Source of the DNA: Folioceros fuciformis
Taxonomy: Eukaryota
Length of the DNA: 64,000 nt
Direction: 5' to 3'
Assembly: GCA_049999805.1 (NCBI GenBank)
Contig: JBNGIO010006141.1
Span: 151,057 to 215,056, forward strand
Below the pieces are notes generated by a model that was given only the letters and a program-made list of their open reading frames with translations, searched no databases and had not been told where the DNA came from. Below, piece by piece: positions 12,475-26,095 of this stretch. Each line of letters opens with the position of its first letter. Positions within the stretch are counted from its first letter, which is position 1. The translations under genes and the position numbers were made by a program.

Positions 12475-13638
12475 GAGAAGACCCATGCATGTTGTTTGGG
12501 TCTGAACATGTCACTTCTACCCCGCCGTTGTCGTCCAGAACATATGCTGTACATGCAATCCACTTCACCCCACTGTTCCAAACTATGAACATATCTGATA
12601 ACCCTGCCATCGTCGTCGATAATGGAAACATCGTCCCTCGTCACTCCGACCTGCGTACGCACGCCGCCGTTGTACCACGTTCTGGGATGATTGGAATCGT
12701 TCCCGATTCCAATCATCCGATAAATTTTTCCCTCGCCGTGGAGAAATTCTGAGCGTGGATTCACTCCTCTTCATCGTGGCAGGTGAAAAGCGCAAGTACA
12801 CAACAACCGTGTGATTGCAAGCCTGTCGGTGATGGCGTACTTTTATTGCAACTGGGAATTCACTTTCCTAATAGTGTATTAGCGTCACTATTCCGTCATA
12901 TTATTTGACGTATTGAAAGCTGGAGGCTCACGATGCTGCGGTTGAGCATTATGCCTCGTTCGGACCAACAACTATCAGCGACTCAAAGTAGTGGACAAAC
13001 CACCGCAAGCAGAATATTCTAACCATTGATTTGTGGCGTCCGAATTTAATTGGTCGATACAAATCATATACATACTCAGACCCCAACGGCACACACACCT
13101 AATCCCACAAGACCTAGCCTCAACAAGACAGGGGAACTCCAACCCCAAGCCCCTTGGCGTAGCGCGATCACCTGATGCAAATGCCCTGCTGTCACAAGTT
13201 CAGCCTGCACTTCCACCTTTCAACAACTGAACAGCAGATATAATGTACAACACCTTGTTCTTTGAGCTTCACGATCCGACAATGTAAATGGCAACGCTCT
13301 CAGCTTCACCTTCAAAGCATCATGAGTGGCTTGGCCCACTTGGTTCCAACTAGGTTTCCCACATTTGGACTATTAACTTTCACCTCTGCCGCCGCTGCCG
13401 CTCAAGCAATGCGGACAAAACGACCCTGCAAAAGGAAAACGTAGACAAACGCTGGTTCATTGCACCGGCTGCAGAGACAGCTCTAGATCGTACTGGACCT
13501 CTGGATAAGTATGATACACTCCAGACTAGTGATACGGAAAAAAAAGAAAAACAACAACAACGTTCCGGCAGTCATCAACAATTGCACCACCTCACCTGGA
13601 AAATCATGAAAGAGTGTCCCACTTGACAGTAGCATCCA

Positions 13639-15141
13639 CTAAACATTGTCATCGTGAAACCACCACCGGGTCTCTTTAGGTGAACGGCCATTTCGACAGT
13701 TCCTCACGTATCTATCATTATCTGGAGGTCTTGCCTGAAACATTCAGAGCATGAGAAGGACGTTAGCCCTGCGGCCTGCAAACGTATCCTGAAAGCGGCC
13801 CGTCAGTAATACGTGCACATATCCAGCAATGATCTACAAAGCTTCAAATAAGACACAATGTAAGCTTCTTCAGGAAACCCCATCACCTTAACCGTAGAGC
13901 TTGAAAGCATAGACAGTATGCTGATACAGATGGAACTGACAGTCATCGCTGGGGACCACGAGTCATACAAGATATCTGGCAACGGTGGACAAAGTGGTCA
14001 ACAGAGCTATCTTCTAACTGCAAACCCAAAAATCATGTGCCAAGTATTGCTGGGGCATCCGGCAGATTGAGTAAAGGAATCAAGATGCACTGACCTAGGC
14101 AGATGTGACCATTGCTGTATATATGCGGGTGCAGAGGAGGAGACTGGACAAAAATAACCTGCCACGAACAAACATGCACCGTGTTATTTGAAAGAACGCG
14201 TCCCATGGGAACAAGTGCAGACCGCATCGGATTTAGCAAGTCTAAACAGAAGTGCCTTACGAGATCTTCACGCTATAGTCTGACATCAATGGATGAAAGG
14301 GCACCACACCATAGCAAACAACAGGAATTCAAAAAAAGCTGTTTCCAGGACCATTTCTGATCACCACCTTCGCCTGTCTGCCATGAAATCCAGCACTAAG
14401 TTCCCTCCTACTGCTCCAAAGAGTAAGAACGATTCGAACATGAAAAGCAGACTTCACCCGACATCACTTAACGCAGCACATAGAGCGCACTCCACATATT
14501 CAGCGATCCTCCAAAACTAGAGCTCAACGTGAAACCCACTAAGCTGACGGCTCGGTAGTGAACCGGGAGGAGGATGTTTTGTCACCGTAACGTAGCATCC
14601 GTTGGGCACCCTATCCCACAATCTAGGGTATCAAAAGCTCTCTTCTACCATCCAACCTATCTCTTAGACATACGCAGCAGCTGGATGGTCCAAGCACAGA
14701 GCTCTCCGAAATGGACCTGAGGAGCCTCCATAGGGTAATGTTCTGGGAAGTCAACTTGGAGCTGATACTGCTCATTGGCGTACAGCGTGCCTGAGGCGCC
14801 TGTCACTTCGATAAGCCACCTGGAAAGCAAGTGTTTCAGGGAGAAACGCAAGACATGAAGGGGAAGCAGGCACGAGGAAGGGGCAATAGTGAAGCACCTC
14901 TGCAGGTTGTCCGTAACCCGATGCTTGAATCCTGCAGGTGGATTCAACTGCCACTCAGCAAGCTCCTTCTGGAGACGATTCGCAGCAATCCTGCTGAGGG
15001 TCTGAAAAGTTGGCAGTTAGCAATCCGCATCAGAAATTGTATTCCGCATTTTACAAAATTTCAGGAACGCTATGCTCTGTCACCCCAGCAATAGAAGAAA
15101 GGCAGAAAAGGGAAGACCTTTTGGGAAGTAGAGGTGCTCAT
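13639..15141 (-). CDS. Ubiquitin-conjugating enzyme E2, UBE2W-like (plant UBC15-18 group)
   Basis: MSTSTSQK...RIAANRLQKELAEWQLNPPAGF...VDFPEHYPMEAPQ|VIF...HPHIYSNGHICL|DILYDSWSPAMTVSSICISILSMLSSS...SPKETRWWFHDDNV*. Confidence 0.93.
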
Positions 15142-15329
15142 GGTGGCAGGCATGTGCGCGCGAGAAGGAGAAGTCGTGGGCGAAAGATTTACGGGTCAGC
15201 ACGGCACCACCAACAGAGGTGACATGCATTCTCAGCCCATCGACGGCGGCTCGCTCCCCTCTACGTCTTTCCTTGCCACTCGACCCTGTTTTACTGGTGG
15301 CCCAAGCACAAATCTAAGGGTCTGGGTGT

Positions 15330-16480
15330 CAAATATTTAACCTAGAATAACAAGCGTTATCATACAAGAAATGTAGGTACAGCACCTCTGCGCAGCGCTG
15401 CAGAACCCTCGACGAAAAAGGGAGAGGAGGAGGATAATTCCAAGCGCCTTCGGGCACTGCCAAGACCCCAGATCCCACGTGCTCCCAGTTAAATAAATCG
15501 GGTTTTCCAATGATTCTATTGGTATGATCCAAGTCTACAATTGGAAGTGGAGCTCCAAATCATGGCCAGCTTTGGCCTCGCCAATTTACTCCACTCCGTA
15601 GTTGGACTGAACTAAGCTCTAAGTAGTATGTTGTCCATCCATGACTCGTATAGCGCCTTCTCCTCCTCGGGATCTTGCTCTTTATTTCAAAGATGCTCTT
15701 TTGTTTCAAGACTTACACAACAAGTTCTATTCTGGTGATGTGCAGTAGACGACCTTGACTCTTAACAAGTGTGCTCTCCAAGCTCTCCACAACTCTATCA
15801 CTTAAGGTTGTCATCGATTCTCTTTGTAGTTCTGCATAAACCTACAACACATGCATCGATGCGTCAACAAGGCAATACTATTACTATACTAGACATGTTC
15901 ATCCATTTGTGAAAGGTACGTAGTGTTGTAAGTATTCATCTTGCCAATAGATTCTATGTGCTATCTCCAACACCTTGTGAAGCTTTACACACTTGTTTTT
16001 AATCCACACCTCCTTGTATTACACACTTCGTCTTGATCCACAGCTCCTCGTATTACACACTTCCTCTCGATCCACACCTCCTTGTATGTACACCACACAT
16101 TTCCTCCACCAGCCCCCTCCAAATAGTATCACCCTCGAGCTCACTACGAACACATACTCTCCATTGTCTCTTTTCAATAGTGGCATATTCCCTCTGAACA
16201 GTATCATCCGTTACCTCACTACAAAACACATACTCTCCATTGTCCCTCTAAATAGTGGCATCCTCAAGCCTCTCATACTCACCACATGCAACACATAATC
16301 AATCTTGTTACTTGGATGTTTAGATTCAACCCTTGTTTGATCTTAAAACTTGGGGTTGTAGATCAAGACAAACCTACCCTCTTGTATTTGTGATTGACAC
16401 AAACCTCTCCTTCTATATTGGCATTGACTCTTGCTTTTGATTGAGCATCATGGTACTTTCTTCTTACTCAAAGAAATAGG
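15330..16480 (-). mobile_element. Possible highly degenerate LTR-retrotransposon (gag-like) relic
   Basis: A short IGKPDLFN-like segment and retroelement-like composition. No intact domain is present. Confidence 0.25.
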
Positions 16481-17078
16481 CTACGTCTATGGTGCCATTA
16501 CTCATAAACAGTACATGTACATGCTCTTCACACATTCAAGTTTAGTAAGGAGTTTGTAGCAGTCCACAATTGTAGTGCATAATAAAAGCCTTTCTATTGA
16601 TGATGCGTTTATTTTAATATATATATATATATATGTATATTAATAATTTTGATAATTTTTAATAATTGTTTAGGGTTTGGGTTAATTGTCGGGTTACCAT
16701 TTTTAGTTTTTTTAATAATTGTGAAAATATTGGATTTGATTTGGTTATTTATTCATGTAATATAGTTATAAAAGATAGATGGGCAAATATATACATGACT
16801 ATGTGGTTAAGTATGTATTTGTATTTATTTGTTTTACTTCTAAGTAGAGGACATAGCTTATTTATTTTAGAAGAACAAGATGAAAAACTCATCTATCTTT
16901 AAAGAAGGAGATAAATCATGAAAGAAATACTGGGGACTAACCCCTTGAAGTCTAATGACCATCAATAACACCTAAGACATCATGGTCGGGGAAGAGAAAG
17001 GGTGGTCTATCTACTACGGGGTTGCTCACGCTATCTCTCCCGCCGACATTGTCGGTCGTTCTGTACAGATAGTATTAG

Positions 17079-17279
17079 CCAACGCTCGTTGTAGAGCATT
17101 AGAAACCCTTTGCCGAAAAAACTCTAATGTAAAATGCATTACTTGTAAGTCACAATGTAATGTTCTCAATAGATAGCATTACCCAACGCTCGTTGTAGAG
17201 CATTAGAAGCCCTTTGCCGAAAAAAACCGCTGATATAAAACGCGTTACTTGTAAGTCACAATCTAATGTTCTCAATAGC
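17079..17279. repeat. Direct repeat of ~105 bp, 2 copies
   Basis: ccaacgctcgttgtagagcattagaa...tcacaat.taatgttctcaatag starts at about 17079 and 17184. Confidence 0.85.
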
Positions 17280-17438
17280 TAGGGAATGTGAGTTTTTTTC
17301 CATGTAAGGAGTGCTCAGACTTGGAGGGCATCTCTTTTCAGCGGAGGAGAATAGTTTGTGTTGCCAATTCAATTCAATTGTTATAGATCCCATATCCCTT
17401 GTGTTGCCAATTCAATTCAATTGTTACAGATCCCATCA

Positions 17439-17765
17439 GGGATTCCTTTTGGTTGTGAGAGTGTTATCATCAACCCCCAAGTCCCATATTCCAGTGGGGA
17501 TTCCTTTTGCTTGTGAGAGTGTTATCATCAACCTCCAAGTCCCATATTCCAGCGGGGATTCCCTTTGCTTGTGAGAATGTTATCATCAACCCCCAAGTCC
17601 CATATTCCAGTGGGGATTCCTTCTGCTTGTGAGTGCATTATCATCAACCCCCAAGTTCCATATCCACCAGGGATTCCTTTTGCTTATGAGTGTGTTATCA
17701 TCAACCCCCAAGTTCCATATCCACCAGGGATTCCTTTTGCTTGTGAGTGTGTCATATCAACCCAA
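17439..17765. repeat. Tandem repeat, ~57-58 bp unit, about 5.5 copies
   Basis: Unit gggattccttttgcttgtgagagtgttatcatcaacccccaagtcccatattccag. It is preceded by a ~43-bp duplication at 17357-17436. Confidence 0.9.
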
Positions 17766-18740
17766 GAGGTTGGGCAGCAAAGAAATGCCTCATAAGAAAG
17801 TTTGACAAATTCTCTCTGGTGAAGGATGCCTATGTATTTTCATCCGTGTTGATCTTGAGAGCTATGGAATCTGAAAAAGACTTTTCAAGGCTTATCAAAG
17901 AGTGAGTGTGTGACGGAGTATGATAGTTACATTCATGGAGGAGGGCTACTTGCATAGTAGCGGTAGGAGGAAGAGGAGAAGTGGACACGACATGTATTTT
18001 ATGGTCCACTTGCAGGGATTGATCTTTTTTTTTTGTGGCCGTTTAGTCACAGAGAGCGAGCGTAGAAAGCGAGATAGAGAAAGAAGGCGACTCGCACTGT
18101 TGGACACGCTTGTGTGCGCCAAGCTCGTTCCGGCTATGCTCTGCATTCTGCAACAAGTCCAGGAATGTGCCTAAAGCTTGTGAGAAGATCCATGGTGAGA
18201 TTCGTGCGCAGCAGCCCGCTGCCCTGAAGTGAAGTGGGCCAGGACCAGGAGATCTACCCAATGGCCCTGGGCGTATAGATAAAATGAACAGGCCGTGTCC
18301 CCAGTGCAACGGCATCAACTTCTGGTTTCGCAAAACAGGACAAACAGAAAAATAGAAAAACTATGGAGGCCAGGTGGTAGAAGCTGATTGACGGCCAGAA
18401 GGCAAAGAGGCGCGGAGCGTTGGGTACCGGGGCCCCGGCCGGCAGAGGCACGTGGTTAGCCTGGGCGGGCGGGTGGCCTTGCCTGTACGAAACACCAATG
18501 GAACCTTCCGCGCGTAAACACTCAGTGTTTCCGGGAAAACGGCCTCCAGAGTCGGGGTCTAGTTTGTGCCTGCGTCCTCGCTGCAGCCTTGGTTACTTCG
18601 TCCCTTCGTCCGCATAGCCTATATATTTGCATGTAAAATCCTCATGTGACTCGATAGCGCCGATGTGTTGTTGATACTACTGTACAAAGGTTAACCAAAA
18701 AGCATAGGTGTGTCTGTCTACCAGATCAAGAATCCCGAGT

Positions 18741-19925
18741 ATGGCTAGCCTCATCAAAGGCGCAGCGGCAGCAGCAGTAGCAGCGGCCATGACTGTGGAC
18801 ACTTCCCGGCCGCTCCAGGAGCCTCATTGTCTGGCGAGTACTAGCCATGCGGCCTGCACCAGCAGCACCAGCGGTAGCGGAGTCTCCGGGGCAGGCAGCG
18901 GCGTCAGAAACACGGTGCCCTTACCCGGGCTCGCCTCCACCTCGAAGTTGAAGCGGGAAGTCAAGAAGGCGAGGCGCATAAGCGCCATCCTAATGGAGGA
19001 ACGGGAGAGCGGCAGCAGCGGCAGCCCTACCAGCAGCGGCAGCTCCACCGCCAGCTTGCATCTGCTCTTCCAGCACCAGCAGGCGGCCAGCGCCGGAGCC
19101 CTGGATCTCAGGCTGGAGGCGGACGAGCTATGGCTGGAATTGCGCCGCGAGGCGCACGCGGAGTCGGAGGCGGAGCCGGCGCTTGTCAGCTACTACTACT
19201 CCACCGTGCTGGCGCATCGTTCCTTGGAGCGAGCCCTGGCCTTCCATCTAGGGAACAAGCTGGCCAGCTCTACGCTGCTCAGCACGCAGCTCTTCAGCCT
19301 CATTCTGGACACTTTCTCGGAGGACAGTGGGATTCGCGACGCGGTTCGGGCGGATCTGAGAGCGGTGCGGGAGAGGGATCCGGCCTGCATCTCCTATGCG
19401 CACGCAATGCTCAATTTCAAGGGCTTTCTGGCGTGCCAGTCGCACCGGGTGTCGCACCGGCTGTGGAACCAGGGAAGAATGTCGCTGGCTCTGGCTATTC
19501 AAAGCCGGGTGTCGGAGGTGTTTCACGTGGACATTCACCCCGCGGCTACCATCGGCAAAGGCGTCCTCTTCGACCACGCAACAGGCGTGGTGGTGGGAGA
19601 GACGGCCACCATCGGCAACAACGTCTCCATTCTCCACCATGTAACCTTGGGAGGCACAGGTGCTGCGCGAGGGGATCGGCACCCTAAAATTGCTGACGGT
19701 GTTCTCATTGGCGCTGGAGCCACCATTCTAGGGAACATTCGGGTTGGGGAGTGCGCCAAGATTGGAGCTGGCTCTGTGGTGCTCATTGATGTTCCTCCGC
19801 ACACGACTGCTGTAGGCAATCCAGCACGTGTGGTTGGAAGTGGGAAGCCCGGCACTCGAACGAGAGCGACGGAGCCCCCCAGTGAGACCATGGACCACAC
19901 ATCCTGGTCTGACTATGTTATTTAG
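18741..19925 (+). CDS. SAT: Serine acetyltransferase (SERAT), intronless, with N-terminal extension
   Basis: ERDPAC..YAHAMLNFKGF, VFHVDIHPAA, DHATGVVVGETA, GDRHPKI, VGNPAR and the C-terminal WSDYVI OASTL-binding tail. First ATG at 18741. G-box CACGTG at 18449 and a TATA at about 18619. Confidence 0.95.
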   Translation: MASLIKGAAAAAVAAAMTVDTSRPLQEPHCLASTSHAACTSSTSGSGVSGAGSGVRNTVPLPGLASTSKLKREVKKARRISAILMEERESGSSGSPTSSGSSTASLHLLFQHQQAASAGALDLRLEADELWLELRREAHAESEAEPALVSYYYSTVLAHRSLERALAFHLGNKLASSTLLSTQLFSLILDTFSEDSGIRDAVRADLRAVRERDPACISYAHAMLNFKGFLACQSHRVSHRLWNQGRMSLALAIQSRVSEVFHVDIHPAATIGKGVLFDHATGVVVGETATIGNNVSILHHVTLGGTGAARGDRHPKIADGVLIGAGATILGNIRVGECAKIGAGSVVLIDVPPHTTAVGNPARVVGSGKPGTRTRATEPPSETMDHTSWSDYVI

Positions 19926-20135
19926 GTGTCACTAGCTGCACGCCACAAGTACCGGCCTCTCTGAGATTTGATAGCACACCTCGTGCTCCACGACTGTAAG
20001 ATGAGACAATGGACGCATGCCCTTGCGACAAATTGTTGCTAGACACTGTATTGATGCGTGTAATATACAACTTCCATTATTACTCCTGTCTACTCTAATT
20101 ATCGCCCCTTCCCAGCTCCTCCAACTCCCTCTTTA

Positions 20136-23100
20136 TCACAGGAGCGCCCACACCTGCGAACGTTTGGCACCAGCAGTCAGCAACACGTCGCCTGACTCTA
20201 CGAACTAGATGGATGGAGACGAGCATGACGGCGAAGAAACAAGCACACCGACCCTGATCTGCCCGTCCGCATGCGCAGTGAATAAGCTGTCGCCATCTAC
20301 GGTCAGCGCTGTCAATCTACTGCTCAAGCTCAAAGTTGCCACCTTCACCAGTTTTTCTCGCAACCACACCTGCGTGTAGTCAATCAGGACCTTCATCAGA
20401 CACCTTCGACTTCTCATCCTTTCCACCTTGGATTCACATCAAGCCTTACACATTGTTTCCTTAAAAGAGTACACATCACGTCCACGCGACACACCTCAAC
20501 GCTTCCTGAGACGGAACTGCACCCCAAGTATACAAACTCTTCGTTCACAGCAATGGCACGAACATCCGAGTTGCCAGGAATGGATGCGGCCAAACTTCTG
20601 TCTTCGCGGCTCCATACCTTCAGTAACAAAGACGCTAAAGTCAGTGGTCTGACCAGCAACATTATCCTCGTACTCGATAATTCACCAACGCTCTTTTTTC
20701 GGTCTCAAAGACGGCTTTTAGTGTGTACCTTGACAGCCACACCATCAACAGGAGTGCCCCCTGTGTAGAGGAAACCATTGTAAGAATGCACTGCGTACAC
20801 TGGTTTCTTGCCCAGCAGCGTCCGTACCCCTGGTTGCAGGGCCACACCCTGCCCGCTTGCCGCGTCCACCTCCTACAAAAACAAAAGCACCCCTCGCCCC
20901 CGTTAGACAAAAGCGAGAGAAAAAGAAAGGACTGACCATGTATAACCAAAACAAACAGGTCATGTGACAAACCTGGATGCTATTGTCACCGCAACCGCAA
21001 TAAATCTTTTCGCCCACAACTGAAACACATTCCACGGATTTCCCGCCATACAGCGTTTTGGCAGGCGAGTTGTCTTTCAGCATCTGCACCCACATTTCAA
21101 ATCGAGATGACGAATAGTTCAACTCTACACAACGGTAGCTTGCTCTCATTGACCTTAATCAAAAGCCAAGCATAATGAGTGCACCTTTAAACCCATCCCT
21201 TGAGTAATAAAACACGTGAATGTCTCGTTGAAGGCCACAGACTGTACAGATTCTTTCAGCTCGACGACTTGAATACATTTCAATTTCTCTTGGACCCGCG
21301 ACCAAACCTGTTTGACAACCTTGTCATGAAGTCTTGGGTCCCTAGAAAGAAAGAGCATGAGCCTTCCAAATAAGTACAGATAAATTTTACCCGAATGGTC
21401 TTGTCAGCTGATCCACTGAGGAGACGATTATCCTCATCCTGAAGAGCTAAACAGGAAACTGCCCTTGTATGTTCCTTGACCTCCTCAGAAAGCGCCCATA
21501 ATGAGCTGGTTACGTCCCAGACCTGGTAAACACCAAGCCTTGGATGTCAACAGACATAAATCTTTCACCGATCCCATACAGGGACGGTCCGGCAGATCAT
21601 AGCTTACGACAAGAGCCAAAGCTACAAAATTCCATCCTGTTTAAACAGATTAAATTGAACAGTGGAAGGGAAACCAGATGTACGTAATGCATCAATAGCT
21701 CACGGGTCGAGAGAGGAAGATGCACCTTAATTGCACCATCTGCATGGCCACTATATAGGAATCCCCCACCAGACACTAGAGCCCTGATTTCCCCGTTCAT
21801 TCTTGAATCCAAGGTGCCAATCTCCCCATGTGCCCACAAATCCGCATGCTGCAAAGTCGCTCCCATGTTAATGAGCACTCATTCACTTCCACCCAATGAA
21901 TCGCCAAATCAGATGATGAGATCAAATACAAGAAAAAATATACATCATTTCAGTGGAACCCAGCAACCTCAATTGCCTGCCACCTATGGTCGACTTACTG
22001 CAACTACCGGACTAGTTGCCAGGGTCCTTAACAGAGCTTTAGCACACCACGTAAACTGCTTCAGCCGGCGCAAAGGACCAAACAGCTCTTTTGAGAACCC
22101 TAAGAACTGATCCCTGGCCCCTGCCACCAGCAAAGATAACGGTTTAACCCAATGGACTCAGAGATCCTTGCTTGGGAAGAAAGACAGCAAACAAGGTACC
22201 TGCGTCTGCAACATAGCTTTCCAAACAGTAGGCTGCCATCACTCTTTCCTCCATCTCACGGTTGGAAGTGAGAATGTTAACCATTTCTGGTAGCAGTTGC
22301 TGGGCTGCAACTGACAGCATGCCTACATCAGGAAGAGTTTTCATAGCGGAACTCAGGTATGCAGCCAGAGTCACAGCCATTGTTGTCACTTCTCCAACAT
22401 CACTTGCAAGAGCATTCCTTAGTGCTTCAAACAGAGGCTTCCCATCCTGTAAAAGAACAGTTGCTACCCTCTTCTCCCAGACAGTCGCTGCCTTTTCCTC
22501 CTGATCCTGCAGCCAGAAAACAGACGTACGATTCCCTTGTCACAAGGAACTTGGGAGATCAAAAGGAACTTGGAGAGCTTTTCCTAGCAAAAGACCCGAA
22601 TAAAGCAAACACTGCACTACGCACCTGGTTACCATGCTTCTCCCCAAAGCCTTTCCCCAACAGCCCATCATAGCCGGCCTCTGAAAGCACCCGATCCTCA
22701 GTCAGAGATACACCACTCTCTGTAAATCGCCCCGCAAGAGATAACAAGACCTTCAGTGCCTGCAGTTGTGCTTCCTCGTTGTCTTTGCAGCTCAAAGCTT
22801 CAATGAGCGATTCTAGAGCCTCTTCTCTAACCATGCTATTCCTTCGTACCCCAACCTGACATAGTTCAGATCAAGATGTTCAGATACCACCATCATGCTC
22901 TTTACGGATGAACGTAGCCCACAGCACAAGCATCCAGCCGGAGATTGAAAGCAAACTTGCAAGAAGAATTAAAACCTTGCAGGTCCTACGATGTGAACAG
23001 CGTTAGTGTACCAAAAGATCAATCTGCAGTAGTAAGCTTGCCAATCGGGGACGCTCCTCTAGTGGGGCAACTTGAAGATGCACTAAGAGTACGTGCAAGC

Positions 23101-26095
23101 TACTCAGGTAGCCCTCCTTTTGAACTTCAGACAGCATCCTGGTAACAACCGACCTCCTAGTGACAAATGAAAAGCTCCAAGGTCAAGTGCTATAATTATG
23201 AATTTTCCCACGAGAGGTGGAGGTGACTCGGCCACAAACAGCAAGCACACCTGTTGAACTGGATGAGCTCGAGCAGGAGAGAAATTGCTGTCGTCATGGC
23301 TTTCCCCCTGTTGCAGTGCAGCAACTCAACGATGGATGATGTTTTGCAACCAGCAGCCACATCATTGCGACAGCGTCCATCAGCTTGTATACAACTTCGA
23401 AGAATCGTTGCAGCACTGATCTTCTCCTCAATAACAGTTGAGTGAAGACTGGATATGAGAGCTGGGATAGCCTGAAGATTGACAAGTTGCGCAGCAATTG
23501 CCATGTTTACAGAATGGTCGAACATCGTTACCATCTCCTCAATCAAAAACGCAGCTGCAGCTCTTGGTGTCCAGCAAACATCGAAAGCCCCTTCCTCCTG
23601 AAGAATGTCATCTTTCAGGGTATCAACGAGAAAGGGCAGGCCCTTAAAATATTCTTGCTGCATCGGTGACTCCTTCAGCAAGTAAAGCAAAACTGCCACC
23701 TGCGGGACAGAACCTACTGTGACGAGGTGCATCAGGACCTTCAAATCTGGATCACATTCGACAATTGCTTTGTGGATGAAGTTATTTCGCTCCAATAGCT
23801 CACATAGCAAGCACACAGTGGTCCGCAAAACAATCTTGGAACTTGACACTGACAGTAAATGCATTAATCTCTCCACCACAGCCACGGTCAACAGCGATCC
23901 TTCCACTTCCTCGTCGCCTTCAGAGCGTACCCAGACACGGGCAAGCCTCAGCGAAGCGTCTTCCAGCTCGGACAACTCAGTATCCGATGAGCACAAAGAC
24001 GAGACAGCATCATGCAGATCAGTAAGCAGGGTATCCATGTTCGAGTAAGGTGGATCGGTATCTGCTTCCAACCGGACGCGTGACTGTAGCACCTGACCAT
24101 GGTCGATTCCCGTATTCCGATCAAGAAAAGTGGTCACATTCCAGCCTTCGATGGGGGCATCTTTCGGTAGGTCTTCCAGAACAACTTCAGGATTCTGCTC
24201 TTTCCAAGCATCCACTAAACCCTTGAGCACAGAATTGGTTTGAGGCAGACTGAGGTTGGTCAGTGTCTGCTGAGTGAGGGGACAAGTTTTGTTGCCTTGG
24301 TCTAGCCAGTCCTGTATCGCGAATCGCTCATAAGTCTGCCCCGTCTCCAGCGTCACCGGGCTGTCAAAAAGCTCGTGCGTAATGGGGCAAACAAAATGCT
24401 TCGGTGGTTTGAAATGGCCCAACTCCGAGGAGGACCTCCGCTGCTGCTGTTGTTGCTGTTGATGCTGCAGGGGGTAGTGGGTGCGGACTGACTTTCTTTC
24501 AGCCGGCTCGGTGCTGCATCATCCAGAGGGGGAGAAACCATCAGCTCCTGCTATCGTTGTGACAATGTCCAACAGCGACGACTGCACAACAGACCTGAGA
24601 TTTGATAGGCCGGTTGATCCAGTCTGGACTATATCTTGACCATGCTTTCCACGCCCCGCTACGGAGCGATGCCGTCTAGCCTGTCCATTCCAGTAAACCT
24701 TCTTTTAAAGTCTGCCGCAAAACACGCCCCAGAAGCATTGGAGCAGACTGGAGACGCTAGAGTTTTGATAATCGAAGAAGAAAATACCTCCAGGTCACTG
24801 TAATCACTGGACTCCGAAGAACTTAGCTGAAGGAGCACTTCCCGTTCTCGAGGTGTACGAGCTGCAGCAGACCACTTGGCAAGCCTCCCCGATGCGAGAC
24901 CTGTTGCAGCTGTCCTCTCGTCCGGAATAGACTCAAACGTGGAAGGCGATTCAAAGGCGCCCGCGGTTCGTCCGTCGAAAGTATTGTCCCAAGGCATTCG
25001 TTGTGCAAGCTCATCGACGGTATGAACCACAGGGCGCTTATCCGACTCATGACTGGTGCTGTCCTCTGCCTCAGGCTGTATATCACATTCCAAATGCCCG
25101 TCAAGCCGCAACCTCCAGTAGCCCGAAAGGTGCAGGAAGAGGCCAGTTGCAAGCCGCACCTATCCCACCTCTTTGAAGGACATGTCAAGCGAGGAGGAGA
25201 GATCTTTGGCGGCGTCTTCTCGGGAGGCGTCTCTGTCTTCGTCCTGGAAGGAAATGGAGGTATTGAACCTGCAATCAAACAGCAGTGTGAGCGTTGGGAA
25301 GAGCCGCACGGCGCGCTGGACGTGCAGACCCGTCCACACTTACACGCTGTTGGTGGACACCTTCCAGACCCCTGGGGCAGCATCGACGGCGGCAGGCGGT
25401 GAAAGCGTGAAAGAGGAATCGGAGGTGGAGCGGCTGTAGCCTCGTTCTTCCTGCAACCGATCCCTATAGTATTGCGCATACTGGCGAGTGTTGTCATCCA
25501 GGGTCTCCTGATACAGCTTGTCGAGGAGCTCTTTCCTGGCGCTGTGCGCGGGGAGCTTGGCGCACTCCGTCTTGTACCAGGCGTGCACGTTGGACAGGTG
25601 CGGGAGAAAGAGCACGTCCCAAAGATCCGGGCCAAAATCCAGCCGTGCGTGCCTAGGGTCCAGCACAAACATATCCAGCAGGTGAGCCGCGGCTGCGCGA
25701 TCCCGCGCCCGCAGTTTGTAGAGCAGAGCCAGGTACAGGTGCGACCAGGCCGCCAGGTAGCGGGTACCCGCGCTGGCAGCTCCTTTGAGGAGCTTGTGGC
25801 AATGCTCCAGCCGCGCGGCCCTGCTGCTCAGCGTGTACCCCGCGCGCAGAGCCGCCTCCAGCCTGTCCGCAGCCCACTCCACATTGGCCTGCACCTCCGC
25901 CTGTGCCTCCTGTTCCTGCGCCGTGGCCTGGGCCTGATCCGCCTCCCGCCGCAGCCTCTGCGAGCACCGAGCCCGCACCTCCAGGCGCGACTCTTCCTGA
26001 TCGATCAACTGCGCTGCATAGCCTGCGCATGCTGACACCACGTCTACGTCTGCGCCAGCTTCCATGCTGCCACTGCTGCTGTGCATTGCTCTCAT
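20136..26095 (-). CDS. LIN: LIN/CERBERUS-like E3 ubiquitin ligase (N-terminal LIN domain, U-box, ARM repeats, WD40)
   Basis: N-terminal YLAAWSHLYLALLYKL..HLLDMFVLDP..R.DF.PDLWD.LFLPHL. U-box PPKHFVCPITHELFDSPVTLETGQTYERFAIQDW. ARM region and C-terminal WD40 exons (LYSGHADGAIKVWD). Probable last exon VWALL* at 20136-20153. Start could be 26095, 26086 or 26065. Confidence 0.88.

Noticed and set aside
12489-12752. ORF containing actin-like PAIVVDNG
   Set aside because: Only a short match with no further actin motifs, and it lies in a probable 3' UTR.
17439-17765. CRISPR-like periodic array
   Set aside because: The whole unit repeats with no unique spacers, there are no cas genes, and the context is eukaryotic. 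It is an ordinary minisatellite. The same applies to 47599-47846 and 26730-27110.
18741-19925. Intronless SAT as a bacterial horizontal transfer
   Set aside because: It has a plant-type sequence and C-terminal WSDYVI, and several plant SERAT genes are intronless.
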